Positions 24,795 through 32,000 of a stretch of 32,000 nucleotides of DNA are shown here, piece after piece. The DNA is taken from assembly GCF_017876815.1 (NCBI RefSeq), contig NZ_JAGIOS010000002.1:1260001-1292000 (forward strand), in the 5' to 3' direction. The notes beneath the pieces were generated by a model that was not told the DNA's origin, did not search any database, and saw nothing but the letters and a program-made list of their open reading frames with translations. A program made the translations under genes and the position numbers. The stretch is from Sinorhizobium meliloti. GTDB taxonomy: Bacteria; Pseudomonadota; Alphaproteobacteria; Rhizobiales; Rhizobiaceae. Numbering within the stretch: the first letter of the stretch is position 1; every line of letters starts with the position of its first letter.

Positions 24795-25748
24795 TCAGGC
24801 TCGCGGCCTGCCAGCGACAGAGCGCATATTGTCGAGGAGGACCGCAATCAGCAGGATGAGGCCACGCACCACGTACTGATAGAAGGCCTGGATGTTGAGC
24901 AGGTTCATGACATTCTCGGCAATTCCCATGATCAGAACGCCTACGACGACGCCGGTCATGGTCGCCCTGCCGCCGGCAAGCGAAACACCGCCGAGAACGC
25001 AGGCGGAAATCACCGAGAGTTCGAGACCGGTGGCCGCATTCGGCTGACCCGAGGTGATGCGCGAGGCGAGCAGCACCCCTGCCACCGCGCATACCAGCCC
25101 CTGGAGGGCGAAAATCCAGATGCGCATCCGCGCGACGTCCACGCCGGCAAGCCGGGAGGCTTCCGGGTTGCCGCCGATCGCAAGCGTGTTCTTGCCGAAG
25201 ACGGTACGGTTGAGCAGGAAGCCAAACACGATGAAGAAGAGAGCCATCACCCAGATCGGCGTGGGCACGGTCAGGAACTTCGACAGGGAGAGCTGATAAA
25301 ATACCGGATCGTTGATTCCGACCGCGCGGCCGTCCGACGCGATCAAGGCGAAGCCGCGTACGATCTGCATCGTCGCCAGCGTCGTTATGAGCGCATTGAT
25401 GCGGAAACGGGCGATCACGATGCCGTTCGCGAGGCCGACGATCCCACCGCAGGCAAGAGCCGCCAGAAGACCGAGCACTATCGAGCCCGTCGCGTTCGAC
25501 GCCATGACGGCAACCATTCCCGAGAAGGCTACGGTGGAGCCGACTGAAAGATCGAAGTCGCGCGACGCCAGGCAGAACATCATGGTGCAGGCGACGACGC
25601 CGATGGTCACCACTGACTGCAGCAGGCCGAGCATGTTGCGTTCGGTGAGGAAATTCGGAACCGTCAGCGCCACCACCACGAAGGCGGCGGCAAAGATCAC
25701 CAGCAGGCCCTGTTCGCCGAGAAGAAGTTTTTTCAAGGAAGTCGTCAT
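24795..25748 (-). CDS. araH: L-arabinose/galactose-type ABC transporter permease (AraH-like)
   Basis: Ribose-family permease motifs 'DLSVGST' and 'GGNPEASRLAGV'. It lies directly downstream (2-nt gap) of the AraG-like ATPase in an araF-araG-araH order. Confidence 0.85.
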   Translation of the reverse strand: MTTSLKKLLLGEQGLLVIFAAAFVVVALTVPNFLTERNMLGLLQSVVTIGVVACTMMFCLASRDFDLSVGSTVAFSGMVAVMASNATGSIVLGLLAALACGGIVGLANGIVIARFRINALITTLATMQIVRGFALIASDGRAVGINDPVFYQLSLSKFLTVPTPIWVMALFFIVFGFLLNRTVFGKNTLAIGGNPEASRLAGVDVARMRIWIFALQGLVCAVAGVLLASRITSGQPNAATGLELSVISACVLGGVSLAGGRATMTGVVVGVLIMGIAENVMNLLNIQAFYQYVVRGLILLIAVLLDNMRSVAGRPRA

Positions 25749-25750
25749 GG

Positions 25751-27277
25751 TCAGCTTACCTGTTCGGGAAGGGTGGCCGTCGTGGCTGAGGCATCCGGAA
25801 GTGCTGCTGCGAGAATCCGGTGTTCGTCAAAGTCGCTCCGGTCGATTTCGGCCGCGATCCGGCCCTCGCACATCACGAGAATGCGGTCCGCAATCCCCAT
25901 AACCTCCGGCAATTCGCTAGAGATAACGACGATCGCCATGCCTTGAGCCGCAAGCTCGTAAAGAATTTCGTAGATTTCCGATTTCGCGCCGACGTCGATG
26001 CCGCGGGTCGGCTCGTCGATCAGAAGCACCTTGACGCCCTCTTCCGACAGCCAGCGTCCAAGGATCACCTTCTGCTGGTTTCCGCCGGAAAGATTGACGA
26101 TGTCCTGGTGACGCGAGGGCGTGCGCACCCGCAGCTTCGCGATGAAACGCTCGGCAAGCTCCGCCTCCTTACCCTTGTCGACAACCCCGAATGGCGAGAA
26201 ATGACGGCGGGAGGAGATCGCCATGTTCTCCTCGATGGAGCGCCCTTGGACGATGCCATCGAACTTCCTGTCTTCCGGGCACAGAACGACGCCGGCACGG
26301 ATCGACAGCCGCGGGCTGTCCGCCGGCACGGCAAGGCCGTCCACCAGAACCTTGCCCTGCCGGCGGCGATCGGCACCATAGACCAAACGGGCCATTTCGC
26401 TGCGGCCCGCGCCGATGAGGCCAAAGAAGCCGAGGATCTCGCCGGCGCGGACGGTAAAGCTGATCGGCTGGGGCAGGTTGGCGCCGGAAACGCGTTCGAC
26501 CGTAAGCCTCGCGGCTCCGAGCGTCCGGGCGCGCCAACCCCAGATATTCGAAATTTCGCGCCCGACCATTTCAGCGATAATCTGCTCGCGGCGGACTTTT
26601 GAGATGTCCGGATGATGGGCTGCAAGCCGGCCGTCTCTCAGCACAGTCAGGCTGTTGCACAGACGGAAGATCTCGTCCAGCCGATGCGAGACATAGAGGA
26701 TGACCGTACCATTCGACCGCAATCTGTCGATCAGGGCGAAGAGGATTTCGCTTTCTCGCGCTGAGAGCGAAGAGGTCGGCTCGTCCAAGGCAATCACGCG
26801 AGCGTCGGTCATCACCGCTTTGGCGATCTCGACCATCTGCCGCTCGCCGATCGACAGGGACGCAACCTTCGCCTCAGGATCGACGTCGATACCGATTTCG
26901 GAGAGTCTGTCGGAGACGACGCGGATCAATTGTCGACGGTCGATGACGCCGGCCTTGCCGGGGAAACGGCCGAGCCAGAGGTTTTCGGCCACCGTCAGCT
27001 CCGGTACGAGCTGCAGTTCCTGATGGATGACGATGACGCCTGCGTTGAAGGCATCGCGTACGGAACGATAGTGCTGCGGCTCGCCGTTTATGCGGATCTC
27101 GCCGGTGTCGGCCGCCTGGTCTCCGGAGAGCACCCGTATCAGGGTGGACTTTCCCGCTCCGTTTTCGCCCATCAGCCCGTGAACGGCGCCCTTTCGGACA
27201 GAGAAGGAGACCTCCGACAGCGCCTGGACGCCGGGATAGCCCTTTGAAATCGATTGGAATTCGAGAAAGTCCTGCAT
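25751..27277 (-). CDS. araG: L-arabinose/galactose-type ABC transporter ATP-binding protein (AraG-like)
   Basis: '[10 protein letters not shown]', 'LSIGERQMVEIAKA', 'DEPTSSLSARE', 'LCPEDRK', '[18 protein letters not shown]' and '[12 protein letters not shown]' parallel E. coli AraG. The start is the ATG at 27277 (MQDFLEF). Confidence 0.9.
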   Translation of the reverse strand: MQDFLEFQSISKGYPGVQALSEVSFSVRKGAVHGLMGENGAGKSTLIRVLSGDQAADTGEIRINGEPQHYRSVRDAFNAGVIVIHQELQLVPELTVAENLWLGRFPGKAGVIDRRQLIRVVSDRLSEIGIDVDPEAKVASLSIGERQMVEIAKAVMTDARVIALDEPTSSLSARESEILFALIDRLRSNGTVILYVSHRLDEIFRLCNSLTVLRDGRLAAHHPDISKVRREQIIAEMVGREISNIWGWRARTLGAARLTVERVSGANLPQPISFTVRAGEILGFFGLIGAGRSEMARLVYGADRRRQGKVLVDGLAVPADSPRLSIRAGVVLCPEDRKFDGIVQGRSIEENMAISSRRHFSPFGVVDKGKEAELAERFIAKLRVRTPSRHQDIVNLSGGNQQKVILGRWLSEEGVKVLLIDEPTRGIDVGAKSEIYEILYELAAQGMAIVVISSELPEVMGIADRILVMCEGRIAAEIDRSDFDEHRILAAALPDASATTATLPEQVS

Positions 27278-27297
27278 TGCAGCGCTCCGAGAAGGAC

Positions 27298-27322
27298 GCC
27301 CGGCGGCTTGGCAACGCCGGGC
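27298..27322 (-). other. Stem-loop between the SBP (araF-like) and ATPase genes
   Basis: GCCCGGCG (27298-27305) pairs with CGCCGGGC (27315-27322): an 8-bp perfect stem with a 9-nt loop, in the 64-nt spacer. Confidence 0.35.
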
Positions 27323-27341
27323 TCGTTTCAGTCGGCAGGGC

Positions 27342-28325
27342 CTACTCGATCCCGAGTTCCTTGCGGACGGCCTCATAGTTGTCGCGCAATGCAAGCTGGC
27401 CCGCGGTCAGGATCAGCTTTTCCGGTTCCTTGCCGTTGGCGATCCACTCATACATGTTGAGGGCCGTCTCGTAGCCGTGGCGCTTTGGCGAGATGATGAC
27501 GGTGCCGAAGAAGCCCGTCGCGGAAGGCTTCTTGAACTCGTTGATCGCGGAGTCCGCGCCGCCGATGCCGATGCCGATCATGCTGTCCGCGGGGATGCCG
27601 ACCGTCTCGGTGGCACGCACTGCACCGAGCACGGCTTCGTCGTTGAGACCGACGGCGACCCACTTCTTGATGCCGGCATTCTTGTTGAGAACGACTGTTG
27701 CGGCATTGAGAGCGGCTTCGGTGTCGGTCTTTGCCTGCGGCGCGTCGAAGACATTGGCTTCGGGGAAGCCGTTCGCCTTAAGAACGGAGAGCGCGCCTTC
27801 AACCCGGTCCACGGCGGTTGGGAGCTGGTCGTAGGAAACGCGGATCGCGCCGACTTCCTTCATGTCCCAGCCGCGCTTCTTGATCTCCGCGACGATCGCC
27901 TCGCCCACCGCCTCGCCGATCTTGGTGGCGGAGATGCCCATATGCGGCACGTCCTCGATGGGGCTGCCGTCGGCATTGACCAGCCGATCGTCGACCGTCA
28001 TCAGCTTCAGATCGTTGGCTGCCGCCTTGGCGACGATGCCGGGGCCGAGCTTCACGTCGGGGGTGCAGATGATGAACCCCTGCGCACCTTGGGCGCCGAG
28101 ATTGTCGATGGCCGACTGTACCTTTTCGCCATCCTGGGCTCCGATCTTGACGAGCGTGAAGCCCTTTTCCTTGGCCGCCTCGTCGGCGAATTTCCATTCG
28201 TCCTGGAACCACGGCTCCTCAGGCTGCTTGACGATGAAACCGATCTTTACGTCGGCGGCGAAGGCGGATGTTGCAGCAAAAATCGCGACGGTGCCGGCCA
28301 AAGCGACGGCCTTGATAAAGCGCAT
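27342..28325 (-). CDS. araF: Periplasmic L-arabinose/D-galactose/D-fucose-type binding protein (AraF-like)
   Basis: 'GFIVKQPEEPWFQDEWKFADEAAKEKGF', 'GFIICTPD', 'GLNDEAVLGAVRATE' and 'GIGIGG' closely parallel E. coli AraF. Signal peptide 'MRFIKAVALAGTVAIFAATSAFA|A'. The ATG at 28325 follows a GGGAGAG SD. Confidence 0.9.
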   Translation of the reverse strand: MRFIKAVALAGTVAIFAATSAFAADVKIGFIVKQPEEPWFQDEWKFADEAAKEKGFTLVKIGAQDGEKVQSAIDNLGAQGAQGFIICTPDVKLGPGIVAKAAANDLKLMTVDDRLVNADGSPIEDVPHMGISATKIGEAVGEAIVAEIKKRGWDMKEVGAIRVSYDQLPTAVDRVEGALSVLKANGFPEANVFDAPQAKTDTEAALNAATVVLNKNAGIKKWVAVGLNDEAVLGAVRATETVGIPADSMIGIGIGGADSAINEFKKPSATGFFGTVIISPKRHGYETALNMYEWIANGKEPEKLILTAGQLALRDNYEAVRKELGIE

Positions 28326-28368
28326 GATTTCTCTCCCTATTCGAACTGCTCCCAGCAGCCGCATTTGT

Positions 28369-28417
28369 GTATGATGGAAAGATCATACTTGTCAATTGCT
28401 CTGGTATGATGAATGAT
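28369..28417. promoter_or_regulatory. Candidate GntR-type operator array (GTATGAT half-sites) overlapping back-to-back promoter-like hexamers
   Basis: GTATGAT (28369-28375), spacer ggaaag, ATCATAC (28382-28388) form a perfect inverted repeat. A further GTATGAT lies at 28404-28410, followed by AATGAT (28412-28417). TTGTCAA (28389-28395) reads as a -35-like TTGACA on the minus strand and TTGTCA on the plus strand. Confidence 0.45.
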
Positions 28418-28513
28418 AAGCGCCTGTCTGATAAAGCGGCCGAACGAAGGGTCGTCACCTCGGCTCAATTGCGATAAGCATCGCCTCAAGTCCGAAGAAA
28501 ATAACCGCCGCGC

Positions 28514-29281
28514 ATGGAGATTTCGGTGCAAGGACAACAGGATCAATCGACGGAGCCGAGCGGCGCGCCTTCTCGCCGGCCCCGTGTCCAGAAGGATGTG
28601 ACGCGGGCGATCGCCGCCGAGATCTGCGGTGACGACTATCCGGCAGGCAGCTTTCTGCCGCGGGAGAACGACCTGTGTGAGCGCTACGGCGTCAGCCGCA
28701 CGGTGATACGGGAATCGCTGAAGATCCTCGAATCGAAGGGCCTGGTGCGCGGTCGCTCGCGCGTTGGTACCGTCGTCTGCAGCAAGGACGAGTGGAACAT
28801 ACTCGACCAGCAGGTCCTGGAGTGGATCGGTGACCGAATTTTTCAGTTCGATCTTCTGAACTGTATTCTGGAAGCGCGTCGTGCGATCGAACCGATTGCT
28901 GCGGAACTGGCTGCTGCGCGTGCGACGGTGCAGGAAATCGCCGCCATTGAGCGCGCCTGGCAGCAGATGAGAGACGCCGAAGGCGACATCGTGAAGTTCA
29001 CGGCGGCGGACGTCGCCTTCCACGAATCGCTCTTGAAGGCGAGCCACAATCAGGTGTTCCAGCAGCTGGCGAGCATCATCCAGGCCGGCCTCAAATTCTC
29101 ATTGCAAGCCTCGAACGAGGCGGCGGACACATGTGGCGATGCCGTGGAAATCCACAGGCAATTGGTCGAAGCGCTGCGGATGCGCGACACGGCAGCAGCA
29201 CGCGCCTGTTCGTGCCAGCTGCTGGACCTCGCCGCCCGCGATCTCGCCGTCGCCGTAAAGCGGCACTCGCCGCCCGCCTGA
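28514..29281 (+). CDS. GntR-family (FadR/FCD subfamily) transcriptional regulator
   Basis: wHTH 'LPRENDLCERYGVSRTVIRESLKILESKGLV' followed by an all-helical FCD-like domain. It is divergent from the araF-like gene and upstream of dgoD. Confidence 0.9.
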   Translation: MEISVQGQQDQSTEPSGAPSRRPRVQKDVTRAIAAEICGDDYPAGSFLPRENDLCERYGVSRTVIRESLKILESKGLVRGRSRVGTVVCSKDEWNILDQQVLEWIGDRIFQFDLLNCILEARRAIEPIAAELAAARATVQEIAAIERAWQQMRDAEGDIVKFTAADVAFHESLLKASHNQVFQQLASIIQAGLKFSLQASNEAADTCGDAVEIHRQLVEALRMRDTAAARACSCQLLDLAARDLAVAVKRHSPPA

Positions 29282-29327
29282 CCGCGCAAACGATTAGCTG
29301 CACTCTCTGACAAACTGGACGCATTTC

Positions 29328-30476
29328 ATGAAAATCACAAAGCTGACGACCTATATCGTTCCGCCGCGCTGGCTGTTTCTCAAGATCGAGACCGATGAGG
29401 GCGTCGTGGGGTGGGGGGAGCCCGTGGTCGAGGGGCGCGCGCTCACGGTCGAAGCTGCCGTTCACGAGCTTTCGGACTATCTCGTTGGCAAGGACCCATT
29501 CCTGATCGAGGACCATTGGAATGTCCTTTATCGAGGCGGCTTCTACCGCGGCGGCGCCATCCATATGAGTGCGCTCGCCGGCATCGATCAGGCGCTTTGG
29601 GACATCAAGGGCAAGGCCCTCGGTCAGCCCGTCCACTCTCTGCTTGGCGGCCAGTGCCGTGACAGGATCAAGGTCTATTCTTGGATCGGCGGCGACCGCC
29701 CGAGCGATGTCGCGAACAATGCGCGCGAGGTGGTCGCCCGTGGCTTCAAGGCGATCAAGCTTAACGGCTGTGAGGAGATGCAGATCGTCGACACCAACGA
29801 GAAGATCGACAAGGCGGTAGAGACGATAGGGCTCATCCGCGATGCGATCGGCCCTCATGTCGGCATCGGCGTCGATTTCCACGGGCGGGTCCATCGCCCG
29901 ATGGCGAAGGTTCTCGCCAAGGAGCTTGAGCAGTTCAAGCTCATGTTCATCGAGGAGCCCGTCCTTTCGGAGAACCGCGAAGCCCTGAGGGAAATCGCCA
30001 ATCATTGCTCGACGCCGATCGCACTCGGCGAAAGGCTCTATTCGCGCTGGGACTTCAAATCGGTTCTCTCCGACGGCTTTGTCGATATCATCCAGCCGGA
30101 CCTTTCTCATGCCGGCGGGATCACCGAATGCCGCAAGATCGCCGCTATGGCCGAGGCCTACGACGTGGCGCTGGCGCCGCACTGCCCCCTCGGGCCGATT
30201 GCCCTTGCCGCCTGCCTGCAGGTCGACGCGGTCAGCTATAACGCCTTCATCCAGGAACAGAGCCTCGGCATCCACTACAACGAGGCGAACGACATCCTCG
30301 ACTACATCTCCAACAAAGAGGTCTTCGCTTACGAAGACGGCTTCGTTTCCATTCCGCAGGGTCCCGGTCTCGGCATCGAGGTCGACGAGGCCTATGTGAT
30401 GGAACGCGCGAAGGAGGGGCATCGCTGGCGCAATCCGGTCTGGCGCCATTCGGACGGCAGTGTGGCCGAGTGGTGA
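29328..30476 (+). CDS. dgoD: D-galactonate dehydratase (enolase superfamily)
   Basis: Near-colinear resemblance to E. coli DgoD: '[33 protein letters not shown]', '[13 protein letters not shown]', '[14 protein letters not shown]', '[15 protein letters not shown]' and '[16 protein letters not shown]'. Confidence 0.93.
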   Translation: MKITKLTTYIVPPRWLFLKIETDEGVVGWGEPVVEGRALTVEAAVHELSDYLVGKDPFLIEDHWNVLYRGGFYRGGAIHMSALAGIDQALWDIKGKALGQPVHSLLGGQCRDRIKVYSWIGGDRPSDVANNAREVVARGFKAIKLNGCEEMQIVDTNEKIDKAVETIGLIRDAIGPHVGIGVDFHGRVHRPMAKVLAKELEQFKLMFIEEPVLSENREALREIANHCSTPIALGERLYSRWDFKSVLSDGFVDIIQPDLSHAGGITECRKIAAMAEAYDVALAPHCPLGPIALAACLQVDAVSYNAFIQEQSLGIHYNEANDILDYISNKEVFAYEDGFVSIPQGPGLGIEVDEAYVMERAKEGHRWRNPVWRHSDGSVAEW

Positions 30477-30506
30477 GAACTAGGCGCCGATCGAAGGGGG
30501 GCAGGG

Positions 30507-31286
30507 ATGAGTGACCGGCTTAAGGGTAAGCGGATCATGGTGACCGGTGCTGCGCAGGGTATCGGCCTTGCGATTGCCGAAGCGTTCCTGTCGGAGCGGG
30601 CGGCACTCTTCCTCCTCGACCGCGACGGTCCCCTGCTTGAAAAGGAGGCGAAGCGCCTGCAGCGGCAGGGGCAGTCGCTCGCCTACGCCGAGGCCGATAT
30701 TACGGATGCGGAGGCGATCGAATCAACGCTGTCGGCAGCCGCTTCGTCGATCGGTCCAATCAACGCGCTCGTCAACAATGCCGGGGTCAACGTCTTCTCG
30801 GAGCCGCTGGAGATGAGCAATGCCGATTGGCAGCGCTGTTTCGACATCAACCTCCGTGGCGCCTGGAATTGCTGCAAGGCGGTTCTCCCCAGCCTTATCG
30901 AGCAGGGCGGCGGGGCGATCCTCAACATCGCCTCGACGCATGCATTCACCATCATTCCGCACACATTCCCCTATCCAGTCGCAAAGCACGCGCTAATCGG
31001 TATGACGAAGGCGCTCGGCATCGAATATGCGTCGAAGGGGGTTCGCGTGAATGCGCTGGCACCGGGTTATGTCTTGACCCAAAAGGCGTACGACTACTGG
31101 AACAGCTTTCCTGACCCGGCGGCAGCCGAGGCGGCAACCCTGAAGCTTCACCCGGGCGGCCGCATTGCGACGGCAGAAGAGATCGCCCGCGCCGCCGTCT
31201 TCATGATTTCGGACGAGTGCCCTTTCATGAACGCGACGTGCTTGACGGTGGATGGCGGGCTCAGCGTCCTGCATCATCCGGCTTGA
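30507..31286 (+). CDS. Short-chain dehydrogenase/reductase (substrate unknown; sugar or 2-keto-3-deoxy-sugar-acid dehydrogenase plausible)
   Basis: 'VTGAAQGIGLAIA', 'NNAG', 'NIAS' and 'YPVAKHA' (YxxxK). A G-rich SD lies upstream. It sits 30 nt after dgoD. Confidence 0.88.
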   Translation: MSDRLKGKRIMVTGAAQGIGLAIAEAFLSERAALFLLDRDGPLLEKEAKRLQRQGQSLAYAEADITDAEAIESTLSAAASSIGPINALVNNAGVNVFSEPLEMSNADWQRCFDINLRGAWNCCKAVLPSLIEQGGGAILNIASTHAFTIIPHTFPYPVAKHALIGMTKALGIEYASKGVRVNALAPGYVLTQKAYDYWNSFPDPAAAEAATLKLHPGGRIATAEEIARAAVFMISDECPFMNATCLTVDGGLSVLHHPA

Positions 31287-31296
31287 AGCCGGCGCC

Positions 31297-31323
31297 GCCA
31301 CGGCAGGCGCCCACAGCCGTGGC
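31297..31323 (+). terminator. Stem-loop after the SDR gene (weak terminator candidate, no U-tract)
   Basis: GCCACGGC (31297-31304) pairs with GCCGTGGC (31316-31323): an 8-bp stem with an 11-nt loop, 11 nt after the stop. Confidence 0.3.
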
Positions 31324-31762
31324 TGGCGACCCGCTCGCCCATTGCCCGAGTAATAACGCTGAAGCACGTGGCGGACTGATTCCGATCGATGGCCGAGTAT
31401 GTCGACGGCGACGTGTCGATGGTATCGGAATTCCTTGACCTCGTGTCGCTTGGAACCGCCTTTCCCTTTCAGGAAATGTCGGCAAACGATCGTTGTGAAC
31501 GTCGCTAGAACGAGTCCGCTGGCGGTGAAGGATTCCGTGGCTTTGACAGGTGAGCGCTCCTGTAATTATCGCTACTGGGCCCAGCGGTAGTAAGTGCCGG
31601 TGAAACCAGACCTCTGGACGACGGAAAATAGATGCTTTGGTTCCGTTTGTGAAAGTCTCAGCTGTTGAGCTCTGCCACGTGCTCAAAAAAACTGGTCGTT
31701 GACAATTTTGATGAAAATGCCCCTCTTGCATTGCCTCGGAACCAGATTTGAGAGGCAAGTTC

Positions 31763-32000
31763 ATGCAGCATTTTCCGTATATAGGCTCCGGTCCATATTG
31801 CTACGCGAACGCCTTCGCGATGATGTTTGGCAAACACGCTCCATCCACCGCAAGCATCGAGTTCGCCACAGGTAGCCCTTTCGGGATGCAGCTCGTCGGC
31901 GGGTCTCTGCCCTTCTTCGATCCCTTCGGCTGGACGCCTGAGGCTGGCTTCAATGCCGCTCTCGATGCCATGGGCTGGACGTCGTCCGTCATGAGTGCCG
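31763..32000 (+). CDS. Hypothetical protein, N-terminal 79 codons only (possible papain/C39-like or BtrH_N-like Cys peptidase fold)
   Basis: The frame is open from the ATG at 31763 to the window end, and it is absent from the track because no stop is reached. A GAGAGG SD lies 7 nt upstream. The translation begins MQHFPYIGSGPYCYANAFAMMFGKH... The fold suggestion rests only on the G-x-x-C-x-x-N-a-a context. Confidence 0.5.
   Translation, partial: MQHFPYIGSGPYCYANAFAMMFGKHAPSTASIEFATGSPFGMQLVGGSLPFFDPFGWTPEAGFNAALDAMGWTSSVMSA

Noticed and set aside
29091-30449. 452-aa minus-strand ORF antisense to dgoD
   Set aside because: The plus strand encodes a protein nearly colinear with E. coli DgoD. 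The antisense ORF is low-complexity (R/D/A/L) with no SD and no motif.
31699-31727. Perfect TTGACA hexamer upstream of the terminal ORF as a sigma-70 promoter
   Set aside because: No acceptable -10 element exists at 16-18 nt spacing (CCTCTT, CCCTCT or CTCTTG), so a promoter cannot be called from the -35 alone.
31261-31764. 167-aa minus-strand ORF, and the 124-aa ORF at 30993-31367, spanning the AT-richer spacer
   Set aside because: Their composition is Arg/Pro/Ser-rich with no SD. They overlap the 3' end of a solid SDR gene and run antisense into the start of the 31763 ORF. There are no motifs.
1-32000. Search for CRISPR arrays, tandem repeats, IS/transposase or integrase genes, tRNA/rRNA genes, and toxin-antitoxin or phage-defence gene pairs
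   Set aside because: None were seen by eye. There are no regularly spaced direct repeats, no DDE/tyrosine-recombinase-like ORFs and no cloverleaf-like conserved tRNA strings. All ORFs above about 200 aa are accounted for by metabolic, transport or regulatory families. A computational scan (tRNAscan-SE, Infernal/Rfam, ISfinder BLAST, DefenseFinder) would be needed to confirm the negative.

Overview
High-GC, gene-dense DNA that looks alphaproteobacterial and Rhizobiaceae-like. The taxonomic call is an inference from codon bias, ribose-type sugar ABC importers, a DUF1127 gene and one RIME-like intergenic hairpin element. I can support 29 protein-coding genes, 2 of them cut by the window edges. 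I found no rRNA, tRNA, CRISPR array, transposase or recognisable defence or toxin-antitoxin genes. Layout: (i) 1-4389 (+) is the tail of a sugar ABC importer, translationally coupled to a ketose 3-epimerase, a FucK-like kinase and a FucA-like aldolase. (ii) 4390-12240 is a mixed-orientation block of unrelated accessory genes: DUF899, an isochorismatase-family hydrolase, two SDRs with a divergent LysR regulator, a DUF1127 small protein and a secreted TPR protein. (iii) 12241-23719 (-) is a tightly packed nine-gene operon: SBP, ATPase, permease, SorC regulator, aldo-keto reductase, GlpD-like dehydrogenase, DhnA/LsrF-family aldolase, LyxK-like kinase and GMC oxidoreductase. (iv) 23963-24751 (+) is an orphan APH-family kinase. 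(v) 24795-28325 (-) is an araFGH-type importer, divergent from (vi) 28514-31286 (+), which carries a GntR regulator, D-galactonate dehydratase and an SDR. (vii) 31287-32000 is an AT-richer tail with the start of a Cys-containing ORF. The best candidate for an undescribed system is operon (iii). Its enzyme set is a hybrid of erythritol-type (kinase + GlpD homologue + SorC) and lsr-type (kinase + DhnA-family enzyme + SorC + ABC importer) loci, but it lacks the isomerases of either pathway. Its substrate cannot be named from sequence. All functional calls rest on motif recognition and remembered similarity to characterised proteins, and no database search was run. Many long ORFs in the six-frame track are antisense shadow ORFs typical of high-GC DNA and were rejected.
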